64,000 bases of DNA from Macrostomum lignano (GCA_002269645.1 NIVC01000906.1:248001-312000), one strand, 5' to 3'; positions 26,501-48,547 are shown, counted from the stretch's first letter. A program made the numbers and translations. The notes: generated by a model from the letters alone, not told the origin.

Positions 26501-27625
26501 TCAGGCTGAGTTGGTAGCGTCGCTGGCAGCCCGACTGGAGGCTGCTGAGGTTGAACTTGGACAGCCTGCCAGCTGGGGACTCGCCGCGGTACATGCAGCT
26601 GCAGGGCGTCACGGATTGTTATGGGGTTTCATCGTCAGAAATCTACTCGTAACTGAAGATTTGCCGATAGCTTTGGAGGTAATTAGAGATTTGGATTAAG
26701 AAAACGTAACTCTTTAGAATATATAAAAAACTAGTTGGTACTGACTTTGGAACAATACTACTAAAGGTTACTACTTCATATCAACATTAACTAGGGCCAA
26801 ATTTCGTGATTATCAGATTTCATTCATTTTTATATCGGTCGGGTGATTTGATGCCTCATTTGGCGGCAAAGTGGGTGGTCGATAACAGGGGCAGAGAAAT
26901 GGGGTGGGTGACGAACGAGGCAGAGAAATGGGGTGGGTGACGAACGGGGCAGAGAAATGGGGTGGGTGACGAACGGGGCAGAGAAATGGGGTGGGAGACG
27001 AACGGGGACAGAGAAATGGGGTGGGTGACGAACGGGGACAGAGAAATGGGGTGGGTGTGAATGAGTCTTATAGGCTGCTGACAAAAAGTGTTGGCTAATA
27101 AGTGCTGGTTACTACGACTCTTAGAAGTGCTCCGTGTAAGGAGACGTAAAACCTTAAAGTAGTATTATGGGACTTTTGAGTTTTCAAAAAGATTCTACTC
27201 ATTGACATAAAAAGAAATACTGAGTAGAAAAAATGAATTTTCTTGAATACCCGCTCCTGGCGTAGCTCTGGCCAAAGTGCTGCAGCCACAGCTCAGCAGT
27301 CCTGGCGTACGCCTTGGACAGTCTGCTGCCGTCGCTTCGGTCGCCAACATTGTCATCGTGGCTGAGCACCCGGTTGAGTAGACGCAGACAGTCTCGCTCG
27401 TACGCCAGGGGAGTGAGCTGGTGCGAGTGCCACATCAGGTCAATGTCGTAGCAGGGCACCAGGAACTCCTGGGCAGTGTTTTGATACTGAAGTATATCCT
27501 GGCTTGGTATTTTTACTACATTGAATACTCTGCCAGAGGGGAGAGGCCAGAGGGGAGAGGCCAGAGGGGAGAGGCCAGAGGGGAGAGGCCAGAGGGGAGA
27601 GGCCAGAGGGGAGAGGCCAGAAAGG

Positions 27626-27656
<31 letters not shown>

Positions 27657-27803
27657 AAGGAGAGGCCAGAGGGGAGAGGCCAGAAAGGAGAGGCCAGAGG
27701 CCAGAGGCCAGAAGCCAGAGGCCAGAAAGGAGAGGCCAGAGGGGAGAGGCCAGAAAGGAGAGGCCAGAGGGGAGAGGCCAGAGGGGAGAGGCCAGAGGGG
27801 ATC

Positions 27804-27835
<32 letters not shown>

Positions 27836-29535
27836 GGAGAGGCCAGAGGGGAGAGGCCAGAAAGGAGAGGTCAGTGGGGAGAGGCCAGAGGGGAGAGGCC
27901 AGAGGGGAGAGGCCAGAGGGGAGAGGCCAGAGGGGAGAGGCCAGAGGGGAGAGGCCAGAGGGGAGAGGCCAGAGGGGAGAGGCCAGAAAGGAGAGGCCAG
28001 TGGGGAGAGGCCAGAGGGGAGAGGCCAGAGGGGAGAGGCCAGTGGGGAGAGGCCAGAGGGGAGAGGCCAGAGGGGAGAGGCCAGAGGGGAGAGGCCAGGG
28101 GGAGAGGCCAGATGGGAGAGGACATGGTATTAATATTAATGGTAATCAACTAATCAAGGATTAATGAATTGTACCAACTCGGCTCACCTGGGGGCAGAGC
28201 TGCTGCAGCCTGAGGAACTGTTTGTACCGTCTGAGACTGGCTTGAAGAAACTGGCTGTCCCTGTAGTGCGGCAGGGACACATTGTAGAAGAAGCCCCGCT
28301 GTCGCTGCGCCGCGCCGCGGATGTCGTAGGTCAGCCGCGACTTGGCGAAGCCGCTGCCAGCGCCATCCACAGGAGCTGCGGCAGCCACGGCAGTCAAGTC
28401 CAGGTCAAAGGGCTCGCTGGGATGAGCGCTGGACCAGAGCTTGCGGCTCAGCTCGTCGGACACGGTGTCCGGAGTGGGCGACTGCGTGTCCGGGACGAAG
28501 CCTGAAGTTTGCATGCAGTGGCAGGAATTGGTTTTATCAGTGCTCCGATATCTGTCAATTTACTTTTTGAGTCTGTCCTCACCTCTAGCTTCCTTTCGAT
28601 TGGCTGCTACTTAACCTGAATTTCTTTCTTACCCAGCTCTCATCCCTACACCTGCAGTGTTTGTGCATTCGCCACTTTGTTAACTATCTATTATCCCCTC
28701 GATAGTAGCAAACAGGGGCGCCGCCCCTGGGGGGGGGGGGGGGAACATGTCCCCCAGTAAAAGCAGTAAAAGTTATGCTGGGGCGGGGCATGCCAATGCT
28801 TTGTCCCCCCGCCCCTTCTTGTGACCCGTTATCGAAATCAGTCATTTGCTTGAGGACGCCAAAATGAGTCTGCGGCGCCAAAATGAGTGTCTGCGGCGCC
28901 AAAATGAGTGTCTGCGGTGCCAAAATGAGTGTCTGCGGTGCCAAAATGAGTGTCTGCGGCGCCAAACTGAGTGTCTGCGGCGCTAAAATGAATGTCTGCG
29001 GCGCTAAAATGAGTCTGCGGCGCTAAAATGAGTGTCTGCGGTGCTAAGTTGACTGTCTGCGGCACCAAAATGCGTTAACAGCACCGATTTTCAAAAAAAT
29101 GTAGGGATTTAGTCAGGTTGGATTCTTAAATTGTCACCCCCACCATATAAAATCCATGGCAGCTAACAGCTTTCTCTATCCACAAGAAAATTAATTTCAC
29201 AAAAGGCTATATTAAATTTGTTGCCACGACTAACCAATCAGGTTGATGACGTCACTCCTGTAGCACCTGGGAGCCAGCTGGTGGCAGTGGGCAATCCAGG
29301 CCACATCAAATGGTGGCTTCATCAATCGGCAGCTGTCCTTATTACTCCACAACAGTGGAAGCCACATGGTTTCATAGCGGTGTAGCGCCCTGTCTAGCAC
29401 TGCATCACTGTTCAATATGGGCTTGTGGTCAACTGCTTCCAGAAAGTCCAGCTGATATCTAGCTATAGACACCAAGTCCTCACTTACCTCAATTGTGTTT
29501 GGATCAAAATTTTTCTCTATTCTTTCTGATGCCAT
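23563..29535 (-). CDS. Glycine-rich-domain-containing protein (GRDP/DUF1399-like), about 961 aa, with C-terminal Gly/Cys tail
   Basis: Seven frame-consistent GT-AG exons: 29535-29235, 28501-28188, 27468-27251, 26598-26232, 26016-25730, 25644-25494 and 24810-23563. Two DUF1399-like motifs (PPFDVAWIAHCHQLAPRCYRSD; VPCYDIDLMWHSHQLTPLAYERD...HDD), plus AAQRQRGFFYNVSLPHY and a GGCGGG tail. Confidence 0.85.
26885..27057. repeat. About 29-bp minisatellite (gggtgggtgacgaacggggcagagaaatg)n in GRDP intron 3
   Basis: About 6 visible copies. Confidence 0.85.
27534..28118. repeat. 14-bp polypurine minisatellite (ggccagaggggaga)n in GRDP intron 2
   Basis: Visible tandem copies. The RGERPEG-type ORFs are artefacts of it. 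Confidence 0.95.
28713..29170. mobile_element. Degenerate hAT-like MITE (CAGGGGCG terminus) with internal 19-21-bp minisatellite, GRDP intron 1
   Basis: Begins caggggcgccgcc. Block 29137-29160 is the reverse complement (with a 2-nt indel) of 40696-40716 in the MITE at 40686. The internal repeat (ctgcggcgccaaaatgagtgt)n spans 28855-29070. Confidence 0.55.
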
Positions 29536-32500
29536 CCTTCTGTAATGAAGTTGAAAGCATTATAAAGCTATATTGTCAAAGAAACAAGTTTTTGCTTTAA
29601 TTAATGATTTCTATTATCCAAATTTATATATATATCTAAGGCATTAGTAAACACCATATTTAAACAATATTTAACCTATATGATTATGACAAGGTACTTA
29701 AAGGAATAAAAACATTAAATAAAAGTAAAAAGTGGGTAAAAATATTTATAGATACCTCTAACTATTAGTAACACTTCTAGCAAAAATGTAAAGTTAACTA
29801 TTTCATTTTTATTAGAGACCCTATCCCTATAACCATCAACTGATATAATATCCTTTACAATTATAATTTATATCTACATACGCGTATAAAATTAATGAAA
29901 TATGAACATCAAGAAACAAATAAAGTAGCACACAATAAAAAACCTAGATAGAGTATGAATTTTCATTTGAGTTAAAACACAAAATGGCAATTGGCAAGAT
30001 AATTAGATAACAAGTCAGTTATAGTAGATCGAGTCGAGATAGACAAACTAAACATTTTACTGAACCAAAAAGCAATGTATTTGAACTACTTAAACCAAAA
30101 TTATATAAACATTATAATAAGTTTTCATAATGTCATAATAATAAGTTGTCATGTCACAGAAACCTACGCAATATCCAATCGTAGAGTCAGTCAATGACTA
30201 GACCATCTAGTCATTGACCATACAGATATGTATTATTTTCTATTCTGAGGCTTGTTGTTTTGTCACAATGGCTCCTCACTGACTGAACTGACGCATAGCA
30301 TAGGCACTGCACAGCGAATCTTTCAAAAACCTGCATTTAAAACAGTCGGTTTTCGTGTGTTGGATTTTCTGCTTTTTTCATTCAGTTGAAAAACTGACTT
30401 TGTTTCATTGCCTTTTTAACTCATTTACCTGTGTCTATTGACTTTTGTTTTGATTGTATAGCTTCTTGGTCCAAAATAGTTGAATTAAGATTCGGCTTGG
30501 TTGAACGGGTCGTTCGCAAATTCTAGAAGGAGCAAAAATTTTAACAATTTTCCGAACATTTACTATTGTTACTGCCATATTCAAAATAATAGGACACTTT
30601 TATCTGTGAATAAAGATAATTTTTGGGTTGAACTTTATCATGCAAAAGTGTTTTTAATCATCTGGCGGTATTAAGCGATAATTAGCGATGAAAAAATTCA
30701 AATTCAATCATTTCACCGATGTTAATTTTTGATACTACAAGATGTCTGTAGCTAAAACAAGTTGTTGTTGTGTTGAAACCTTGCTATATTACATTTAAAA
30801 TGAAAGCTTATATAAATTTAATTTAAGAATTTTTTAAAGCACAATAAACTGCACTATAAATGATTTTATAGACGCTTAACTGGACGCCTAGCATTTCCGG
30901 TGGGATAGCCTCTTTGCGTCTCACAAAATGTATTTTTCAGCTGACGTCTAGAATGTGCGCTTAAAATGATACATTTTGATGCAGATAATTAGAAAAACAT
31001 GTCTTATTATCTTTTTGTAAAAAATTGTTATGAAATAGAGCACTATTATTGATAAAAATAATTAAAAGCAACCATGCATCGCAATTAACTCCTACTTTGA
31101 AGCACAAAATAAATATCCTGTAACCACACTAGCATTCTCCATGGAGCACCTTTTGAGCTGAAATTTTACACAGATATCCAGTAAAGTAAACTGAGCAAAT
31201 GATTTTTTTTGTTTTTGAAAATACTTCAATTTGGCTATGTATCAGTTAGTTCATTGGACATATTTATTATATTTTTATTAAAATCCTTGTAACCAAGCTA
31301 CAGAGAAACATGTGCAAAACTGGACCTTGAAATTTGACCTGAATGATCAGCAAATGTGTATCTCGAAATGATTTTTTTTGTTTTCATCAAGTCATTCTAT
31401 GCTAATTTTTTCTGAAGGGAAAGATACCATATATTTAGAGTCAATAGGGGAAGCATTTAAACTTATTCAATAGTCATTAAAATTGCAACTATATTATCAT
31501 AATATAGTAATACTATTATACCTGTATTATATAGTAATATTAACTTCTAAGATGCCCTTATAAATTTAAGTAAAGACAACAGGCCTTAATTAATTAATCA
31601 GCATTTTGAAGAAACTGACCTTATACAGATGGGCCCCAAGCTAAGAAATGAATGTAGAGCTTATTTCGTGTAAGGTATAAAAATCAATTTATTATAATAA
31701 TAAATACTCCTAATAAATTGGTTAAATTAGTTATTTACCTTGAATTAATTTAATTTAATAATTAAATATATAAATTTGTTTCACTTCTTACTGCATTTAA
31801 ATAGAGTACCTCTCTACTATACTATAGAAGTATAGTAAAAGTATGGTAAAAAAGTATAGTAAAAAATTTTCTTTAGTTTAATCCCAGCTTGCCTCAGTTT
31901 TTTAGTCTTAATACGAGCTAGATAGTAAGTGTTGATTAATTTGCTCCATCACCTTTTGCCACGGAAACAGCACATGTCGGACATGCAACACTCTTCCTGA
32001 TCCCTGGATCCAAGATGACTGCTTCTGCTTCTTCAATGCTTGAAAACTGAGCTCATGGAGCTTTAGGTTATGCTGTCAGAATGCTGCTGCCGGTGCTGTG
32101 TGTGTATGTGTGTGTCTTCTGTGGGTAGGTTCCCTGTCCCTCAGTTTAGCCACTGTTGTGGGCTAACTGGAGGAATTGCCGTTGTCGGTGCTGCAGGTGG
32201 CACTGCATGGTAGTATTGACGCTGTCAGTGACGCTGGCAAAGGCTTGGACGAAGCTAGGTGCCGTCATTGTCAGAAGGACATGCGTGTGCTGCTTAGACC
32301 AGTGCGCACATTCGACTGGACTCGTATCTGGTGCAGTCTGGTGTATTCACTGAGATTGTGTGGATCTGCCTCCTCGCATCACCTCAACCAGGCTCAATTT
32401 CTTTTGTAGAATTTTCGTGCGCTGCTTAACTGCATCTTGTGCCTGCTGAGTGATGCCAAGAATTGTGCCACACAATAATTTGGCCCATAAACTACTCGTA

Positions 32501-35500
32501 TATTATACATATGTATGCACAGCACACACACACGCTGTTCATTCATATTAAATGTACTAGTTAATGGAATTCTCATCTCATGAGCTCTAGTCTATGGACA
32601 AACCTGAAATTACTAGAATATCTAGATAGATCTAAACTTCTTTGAGCAGCGCGCTGCGCTGCGATCAAAATACATGTAGATTCTTTAGCGCAACTAATTA
32701 ATAGTGTAGTACAGTCTACAGCCTGAAGTAGCCTGTGTAAGATGCGGAGGGATGATTTTTGCATAGGAAGCCACTACGGTAAGGTTGATGGAACTATGGG
32801 GAGGTGAGAGATTCAAAGCGAGGGACGGAAGCCATGCATAGTTCGATCATAAGTTTAATTTTTGCATGAGTCTGGGGATGCATTAACGAGAGGCGGACGA
32901 GAGCATAGAAATAAAGCGGGCTAAAAAATATTAATACACAAAATTACATGTGCTAGCTAGTAATTTCAGAATGGTCAGCGACTCCTCCGATTTGTATCCG
33001 CGACCGCGTGCCCACAAATCCCCCGGCAGACCCTGTCGCAGTTGGTGGTTGTGCACAGAATACAATGTTAATTTTCGAGCTTCTCTGCAAAAAATGCGTG
33101 ATGCACTCAATATGCGTGCTATAGTCTACTTCTTTGATTAGATGGCTGGGTTTTGCCTTTTCACTTGTGATCATCAAAAGCTTGGGCGTCATTGCTACTG
33201 GTGTTTCAGTGTGCGCATTATGTCTGGTTATCATATTATGTGCATGTGCAGTGTCTTTTACCTACATTTTTGTTTGTCTCTGTTTCCTGCATGCTCTTTC
33301 GCATTTTTACACCTCGCACATCCTCATTTTTCTCAATTAACAAGTGAAATCTTTTCTTAAAGACTAATTGCTATTTTAGTTAAGCTAGTAGGTTTTTGGT
33401 AATTAAATAATTCAATTTTGTCTATTTTCCAAAAAGTTTCAAAAAATGAATTAATTAAAATAAATTTGAATTATTTTAAGTTAATTGGAGTAAAATGTCT
33501 AATAAGTAACTATAATTTTTTATTTTAAGTACATGTAGCTTTGGTATAAGTATTAATGTAATAAGTACTTAAAGTAAAATCAAGCAAGTTATAGTTTTCA
33601 GAAATTATGCTACAAATAATCAAATATATACTAGTATCCGAATTCCTTTATTAAGGAACATGCAGTCGATATTAAATTCACAATGTGCTTTTTGGTGTTC
33701 AAGGATAGTTCCCTGACTTTTTCTATTATTAGTTAGATTTTATTATATTTAATGTAAAAATGAAAACAATTCTATTAACCATAAAAATGAACATTCTTTA
33801 TTTGTCGAATCATCTTAACTTTGAAAAGATACATAGTGAAAACTTGATTTTTAATTCAACCTTTCAAGACTTATTTAGACTTCTTAATTCAGTGATTAGT
33901 TAAACTGATCGAAGTCCTTTCGAGTGCATGCTATAATAATTTCGCGGGGCAAAGTCAAAACGAGGGCATCGCGAGTTTACACCATTCAAACTTTGTAATA
34001 CCAAATTGTATCTGTTTTCTAATGAGTATGGCCGGTTAAATCTTGCATTAAACTGTGAATTATAAATAATTTTACTATAATCTAAGTAAAATTAGTCTTT
34101 TTCGCTCCTCTAAACGACAAAATATGTCCGTTTCAGCGATAATTTTTTTGGCGGAAATTCAACCACGTTGAACACGTGTGAAAAAAATTCTATATAATTT
34201 ACAAATAAGGGCTAAAAATGTATGAATTAATATAGATGGTGAAAGTTTTGAGTTAATTTGCATTAAATGCATGCATGAGTAATGTTTTATTTGTATAAAC
34301 CTTACTGTGGTTCGAATATTCTTCGTTTTGGTAGTAAACATTGATTATGACATCCCACCTATATGCTCATATGAGAATATGTTAAAAACTAATCTAAATT
34401 GATGTATCCAATTGGATTATTCACTTTTACATTTTAGAAAATAATTTAGCATAAAATCGATGCTTTTTATTGAAAAAGCCTAATATATTACTTATTGTAT
34501 AACATTCTATAACAATATAAAAATACTTTTTAATAGTTAGAGAGCACAAAGTGATTTTCTCCAGTAGTCTGTTGCATCAAAATGAATAATTGCCAGCTTT
34601 TAGAATTGAAATATGTTATTACACACCTATCAAGCTTGAAGCATTTTTTTTCTTTACTAAATGGTACTCTTTGTTGGCTCTTAAATGCCATAAATGTTAG
34701 TTTTTGTCATGATTTTTTTCTCCGGAAGCCCACTGTGTGGAGCATGTACAATGAAAAGCTTAGATATTTCCTCAAGGCACTGCAAAGAACCCTATAAAGA
34801 AGCATTTTTTTGGCTTTGCAGCAGGGACAACCTAATATAATTTTATTGCCATTTAATGTATATTTTGTAATGAATTAGGCTTTAGTTATTTTTAATGATA
34901 GTTATTATGCTTATTTCATACTGAATAAGTTGAGGTAAATTTTGTAAAAATTACTTTAAACATCTTTTTATTGACCATCACTTAAAATTTTTTATGACTA
35001 GCAATTCTAGTCTAAGATCACCAGATTAATCAGATTTCACTTACTAACACCAAATAATCAGGTCTGATTGACTTTAAATTTACTTTAAATTCATTGGTCC
35101 GCTTAACTGACATCAGATTTACCTAGGATCAATAATTTTGGGGCATCATGAAGGTTATAGCATTGTAACAGACTATGTAATCATGCTTAAATAACTTGGA
35201 ACTCATAATTTAATATCTTGAAATCTGCATGGTGCTAGAATCCTATTGGAATAGAAAGAAGACAGCAAAAAATACAGACAAAGCGTTCACTCATTATCTC
35301 TCTAATAATAAAATGTTCATCTCCACAGATGTACCTTTCAGCTGTTCGGAAACGGAATGAAAATAAAAATCGCTACAAATCGCTACACGCAGCAACAACT
35401 TGTGTCGACATAATTGACAACCATTGTAGAGAACCCCACCTCTTATGTTCGGCGGGTAGTCGATCAGAATCCAGTCTGGCGCATCGCTGCAAGTTGGACT

Positions 35501-38500
35501 CTGTCACTCAGCTTTGTTCGACACAAGCAGATTTTGAGCACAGTCTGGCAGTATGCTGCACTTCAGTTTCAGCAGGGCCAATCTGAGCTGCTCGAGCAGA
35601 GTTTGAGAACACTGGCAGTATGTGCTGCCTTATTTTCACTTTTACGTTGCAATTTGGCCTCTTTTGTATCGACTTTTCTGCGTTCGCTCTGGCATGAGAG
35701 TACGAGCCCTCTTCAGCGTGGTAGCGTTGTAACGTTCTAGCTTTGAAAGCTAGGATGCTTTTATTTTGACTATAGCATACTCCTTATATAATTAATAAGT
35801 GCTTTTTAAGCTCAACCAGCTATGTACCTGTGATGTGTGGCTGCCAGCAGCCACGTATTAGTTTATGGGTATATGCTTGGCTTACAGACTCACAATTGAT
35901 AGACTGCAGGAACAAGCGCGAAACGATTGACGAGCTCTTGCTTAATTTCAACAAATATACGAGTAAACGAGCCTACGATTTAAAACACGACTTCCCAAAC
36001 ACATTGATCTGATAATAAAAAGTTTTATTAATAAAGCAGCATCAGCTCAAATATTTTAATCTATGGCCATGGACGTATAGAGCAGTCTGCACAGACCAGA
36101 ACAGAAAATCAATATGGCTACCTCAAGAAGGGTAAAAAAGATATCTGGGTGGGGGGCATGGTTATGCTCCTATCCAAAAAGTTTTAATACAAATGTGAAT
36201 CTCACAGAGCTCTAAATGAAGCTCTTAATGCCTCTTGATTTAGTGAAAAAGATGAACAGGCAACAGAAATAGGTTTTAGAATTTTTAGGCACAAGTAATA
36301 AATTCCTGAAGCAGAAGTTTTATTAACTTAAATGCAAAACAAGATTTTTGGTATAGCCACTAGGCCCATACAATAAAACACACTATAAAACATAAGGTTC
36401 TAAAAAGGTGTGTCTTGTGGTCTGAGAGAAAATGTAGGCCACATAGCCACCAGAATCTTGGGTGCCAGAATCCAAAAGTAGCAGCGCAGCACCTGAACCA
36501 GTTGTGGGCAGAAGTGGCCTGCTAGGTGCAGGAGTCGCCAACATTGCAACAGGTTGCTCAGACAGATCAGGTTGGTTCATGGAGAAAGCACTAGACTCAC
36601 TCAACCAAATGTAAAGGTAACATACAGCAAGTCCACCAGTTTCATTGTTTAAGTAAGGCCTCAGGTTTAGAGCTCAGAATGAAAGGCATATCATAAAATG
36701 CAGCTGAGAAGATCTCCCAAAGAAGTCCTGGCATGGCATGCATTAAAGTGAAAAACATTTAACATATTTTACTTACATTTAAGTCTAAAAAACTTCTACT
36801 AAAGCAAGTTAAGAATTTATTGGTATATTAAATATACAATAGTATAAAAGGAAACACTCCTGCTAGGCATTTAAAGCCAGTTTGTAAACAAAAAAATATA
36901 TAATAAAATAATGCTATATTCTATTTTTTTTAAAAGCAAATATATCAGGTTTTGCATTTTTAAATTTTAACATGTTCTAAGTTCTTAAAGCTCATAATGT
37001 GAGTTTTAAATGAAATAAATGTAACAAATAATGCAAATGAAAACATATTGCAATTATACATTTTAAAGAATAGTGCAAGTCACATTTAATATAGCTTTTT
37101 ACATTGCAAATTATATGAAACTAGAAAGTTTAAGTTTAAAAAAAGTTATTACCTGTTTTACTTGCTACTAGTTAATTATTTAGCAATTTAAATTATATAT
37201 ATACTTAAAAGTGCATAGTGATGGCTATAATAAACAGTATCATTATCAGTAATCATAAGGTAGATTATCACTTAGCTAAGGCCTAATGGCTTTTGTAAAA
37301 AAGCATATATCAGTTTCGAAGTAATTCTAAGCTGTAAAGCTGTACAAAATTTTATATTTACATTATATTTTTTATTACTACGTCATTAGCAAAAAATCAA
37401 ATAGGCCTAAGACACGGACAGTTAAATATAAATAGCAATCTGAACTAGACTACAAATTATGCCTCAGAACAAAAATATAGTTAAACAAGAGCGTGGGTGG
37501 ATAAAGCTATTTTATAAAAAAAAATTGATAGACACCTTTATTTGTCATTCTACTCAGTAAAATTATTTAAACCTCAGTCTCATGAGTCATTTGCGTATTC
37601 ATAAGCCGTGGCTTATAAAATAAAGCATATATCTAGAATCCTCGATCGATTATTGTTCATAAATTAGATAAGCAGAAAATTGATGCTAGACGTTTGCAAT
37701 GCTTGAAATACAGAAGTCAGTAATCAATATCTAAATCTCATATTTAATTCAATCCAAAAAAGTTTGCTAATATTTCACATCCGTAAGAAGAACCAGGCCA
37801 AACATCAATAATAAATAAAGTACTTATTAACATGAAACTGATAACTAAATTACCGAGAGTATTTCAGAACACAAACAGGCGCGACGTAAACAAAGTAAGC
37901 AGTTTAACAAAGTCCAGCTTAATATTTATTTAAAAAATATCTATTGCAATATTTACCTAATTTTTTTCAGATAAAAACTACTTTTACGGGTTTGTATAAA
38001 ACATTTATTTTTAGAATACTATATTTAGTTTCTGATTCTGCGTCCGTACACTTCCGTAAAAGTGAAGATTAACAAATGGGTAGGAAATTTATTAAGAGGT
38101 GTATTTTGTGCTTTAAAAATGTTTTTTTGAGACCACTTAACGGAAATATAAAAAATTGTATAAAAAATTACCAATTGAAACAACAATTTTTTTTCTACAT
38201 TTTCTGACTCCCCAGTTTTGACTTTAACCGTCGCACTTTTTCGCACACGATAATTTTAAATGTCTGGGATTTAGAGCAGAGTAACAAAATGCTGTGCTCA
38301 AAAACATTTCCTTTGTCAATTTCTTGTTCTTTTATTTTTGCAAAAGAAATTTAACTGCATATTTAAAATAAAAATAGAAGAAAATTTTATTTTCTCTTTA
38401 ATATTTTTGTCGTTTATTTTCCGCAACAAAGAATAACAAATAGCCTTGATTTCTTGTCAATTTCAAGTTTTCTTGTGGTTTTAGTAGCAGCTTCTTACAG

Positions 38501-38848
38501 AAATTGTCGAAAGAATTTTTTTTGTACGATTATTGGTCGATGTATAAACTTTTTTTGCAATAACAAAAAGTTGTGACCTAGCTTTGAGAACGACCCGAAC
38601 AAGTTTATTTGAAATTTATTGCTACAAAGTTTTAAATCTTAAACTCTTCCATTATCATAGAGTTAAGATTTTGTTAGGAAAAATTTTAATTTAAAAAAAA
38701 AGATCTTGCAGTTTATAAAGAATGATTTTTTTATAGTACATTGCTTTTGTACCCATATTTACACCTATTTTGTTTTAATCATTACTTAGCGAAGTTTAAA
38801 TCACCACGAGTTTTAAAGTTCTAATGCACTTCGAGTGTGCGCATGCTA

Positions 38849-39210
38849 GGCTTTTCATATTACCGATTCCAGAACCAGAATCGGTTCGAAGCTTTTCATA
38901 TTGTCTGTTCCGTTTTCAGAATCGGTTCCAGAACCATGTTCTGGTTCTGGAATTTGGATCGAGAATTTTCTCGATCCATTGTCATGTTTACATTTTAACA
39001 GTAAAATAGATTTGAAATCGTCAATTTTTTATTATTGGTATATAATTATTATTCCGTTCTTTTTCATATCAAAGAAGAAACAAAGTCAAGGAAAGACAAA
39101 ATTAAATTGTAAAGACTTGCAAACATAAAATAGGTTCGAAGCTTTTCATTTTCCTACCGATTCTGGTTCTGGAATCGGAATTATTCTGATTCCGATCTTT
39201 GTGAAAAGCC
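38849..39210. mobile_element. 362-bp MITE-like element with GGCTTTTCA(T/C)A TIRs flanked by TA
   Basis: ta|ggcttttcata ... tgtgaaaagcc|ta. Internal direct and inverted copies of ccgattc(c/t)(agaacc/ggttct)(a/g)gaatcgg and of ggttcgaagcttttcat. Confidence 0.6.
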
Positions 39211-40163
39211 TAAACGTCCGAACAGCGTCAAGCGACCAAGCGACTTAGTATTATAAATTATCCCCCTACATTTTTAGAATTTTATGCTGAAGTTTAACGT
39301 AATATTTTATGTTTTCTATAGTCAGAATTAATTATCAAGTTGTGATTATTTTAATGATCAATTATCATTTCTTGTCAGAATCTTTCAAACTTTAATTCTT
39401 CGAAGTTCAATAGTGACTTTTAAAATAAAAAAAAATTGACTATGGTTTTTTTTGTCTAGTGTTACCTGTGGCTTAATGTTTTTGCATGTTTTAGCATGGC
39501 ACCTAGAACTTTTTGGCAAAATATATGGGAGGGATAACAGTAGGGCTATTAATCCAAATTAAAGAAATTATTTATCCACAATTTCCCTCTAATTGATTGA
39601 AACTGAAAAAGTTAATGTTTTTTTTAATTAAAACTTAAAATTGGATTTATTAATAAAAAATTTAGTTTTTTTATTTATTACAAGTTCTAGTTAAATGTAT
39701 TCTAGTTAATGTATTCTATTCTTCCATTTTTTTATAATTTTATGTAATTCAATTTTGTATCAAAGCAAAAGATCATTAAACATAGATTCAAGATATATCA
39801 AGCAACTATTTAAGCAATGATTAAGCATGATTAAGATGATTAAGCAAAATGACTTTTTTAATATTTAAAATACTCACTTTTTACCATTGCTTTTTAGTGT
39901 TTTAAAATGAGTTTTTGGGGTGTTTAATGATTGTTTAATAAAGGCACTTTTTAAAAAGTTTGAATTGCTTTTACTTTTATAAAAGAAAAGAACTTTTATG
40001 CTTTTTAATCTTTGCTTTTTTCATTTTCATGTTTTTAGCCTAGTGTCTCTTGATAATGTCCCTAGTAATGCTTAGTAAAAACTGATTTGTGTAATTTTAG
40101 CTAATTAATCAACATTTCTTATTATCATTCATGCCCACAACTAGGCTTAGTGAATGAAGCGGT

Positions 40164-47933
<7,770 letters not shown>

Positions 47934-48547
47934 TCGAATTGTTTTTCAGCTCTCGTGCCTCTGCGAATGGCGAGTCCTGGGGCGACTCTCAGCTAATAAT
48001 GATAGCCATGCTTTCTAATCGATATTGTTATGGTATTTTTGAAACTAATTGCATCTAAAGCATCTGCTGTTATTAGAATTTAACTGCGACTGCTTGTAAC
48101 TTAATATACTGTATTAGATAGTGTTTTGCTAAGATTTGTTGTCTGTAAATGCACTCTATTTGTCATCATCTTCCTATATTTTGTCATATATAAATAGACA
48201 TGACTGAGTCTTCAACTGACAATATTATTATTATACAGATCGGAATTCGGATAAATTCGGATAAACCCTCGACTCATTTTTTATGCTAAAAATGATCACA
48301 AAAATTTAAATTTAACCTGCTGAGATTCTTAAGCAATAAGCAAGAATATTTGCACCTTTTTACTTCAAGTAGCATACAAGGCATGTTATTCGGTAAAAAG
48401 CTATCTGAATAAGCTAAAGTAATTTTTTTTCGCTAAAATTAAATGGAAAAAGTCTTCAGTTAGTAACAATAGTGGCAGAAAAATTAAATTGTTTATCTGA
48501 ATTGTTTTTAAAAAATGTAATATTATAAAAAATTCTTCACAAAAATT

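Noticed and set aside
27421-28164. Arg/Gly/Glu-rich ORFs resembling collagen or RGG proteins
   Set aside because: Translation of a 14-bp intronic repeat on the strand opposite GRDP.
32156-32409. CRHC motif suggesting a BED zinc finger
   Set aside because: No matching His pair or transposase context, and no consistent exon chain.
36383-36604. GC-richer island as a possible upstream NFAT5 exon
   Set aside because: Joining its phase-1 donor (about 36570) to the acceptor at about 40144 gives an early stop. It is unresolved and may be UTR.
37601-37636. Hairpin ataagcc/ggcttat followed by CTAG (Helitron 3' end)
   Set aside because: CTAG is followed by A rather than T, and no 5' TC end or Rep/helicase remnant was found.
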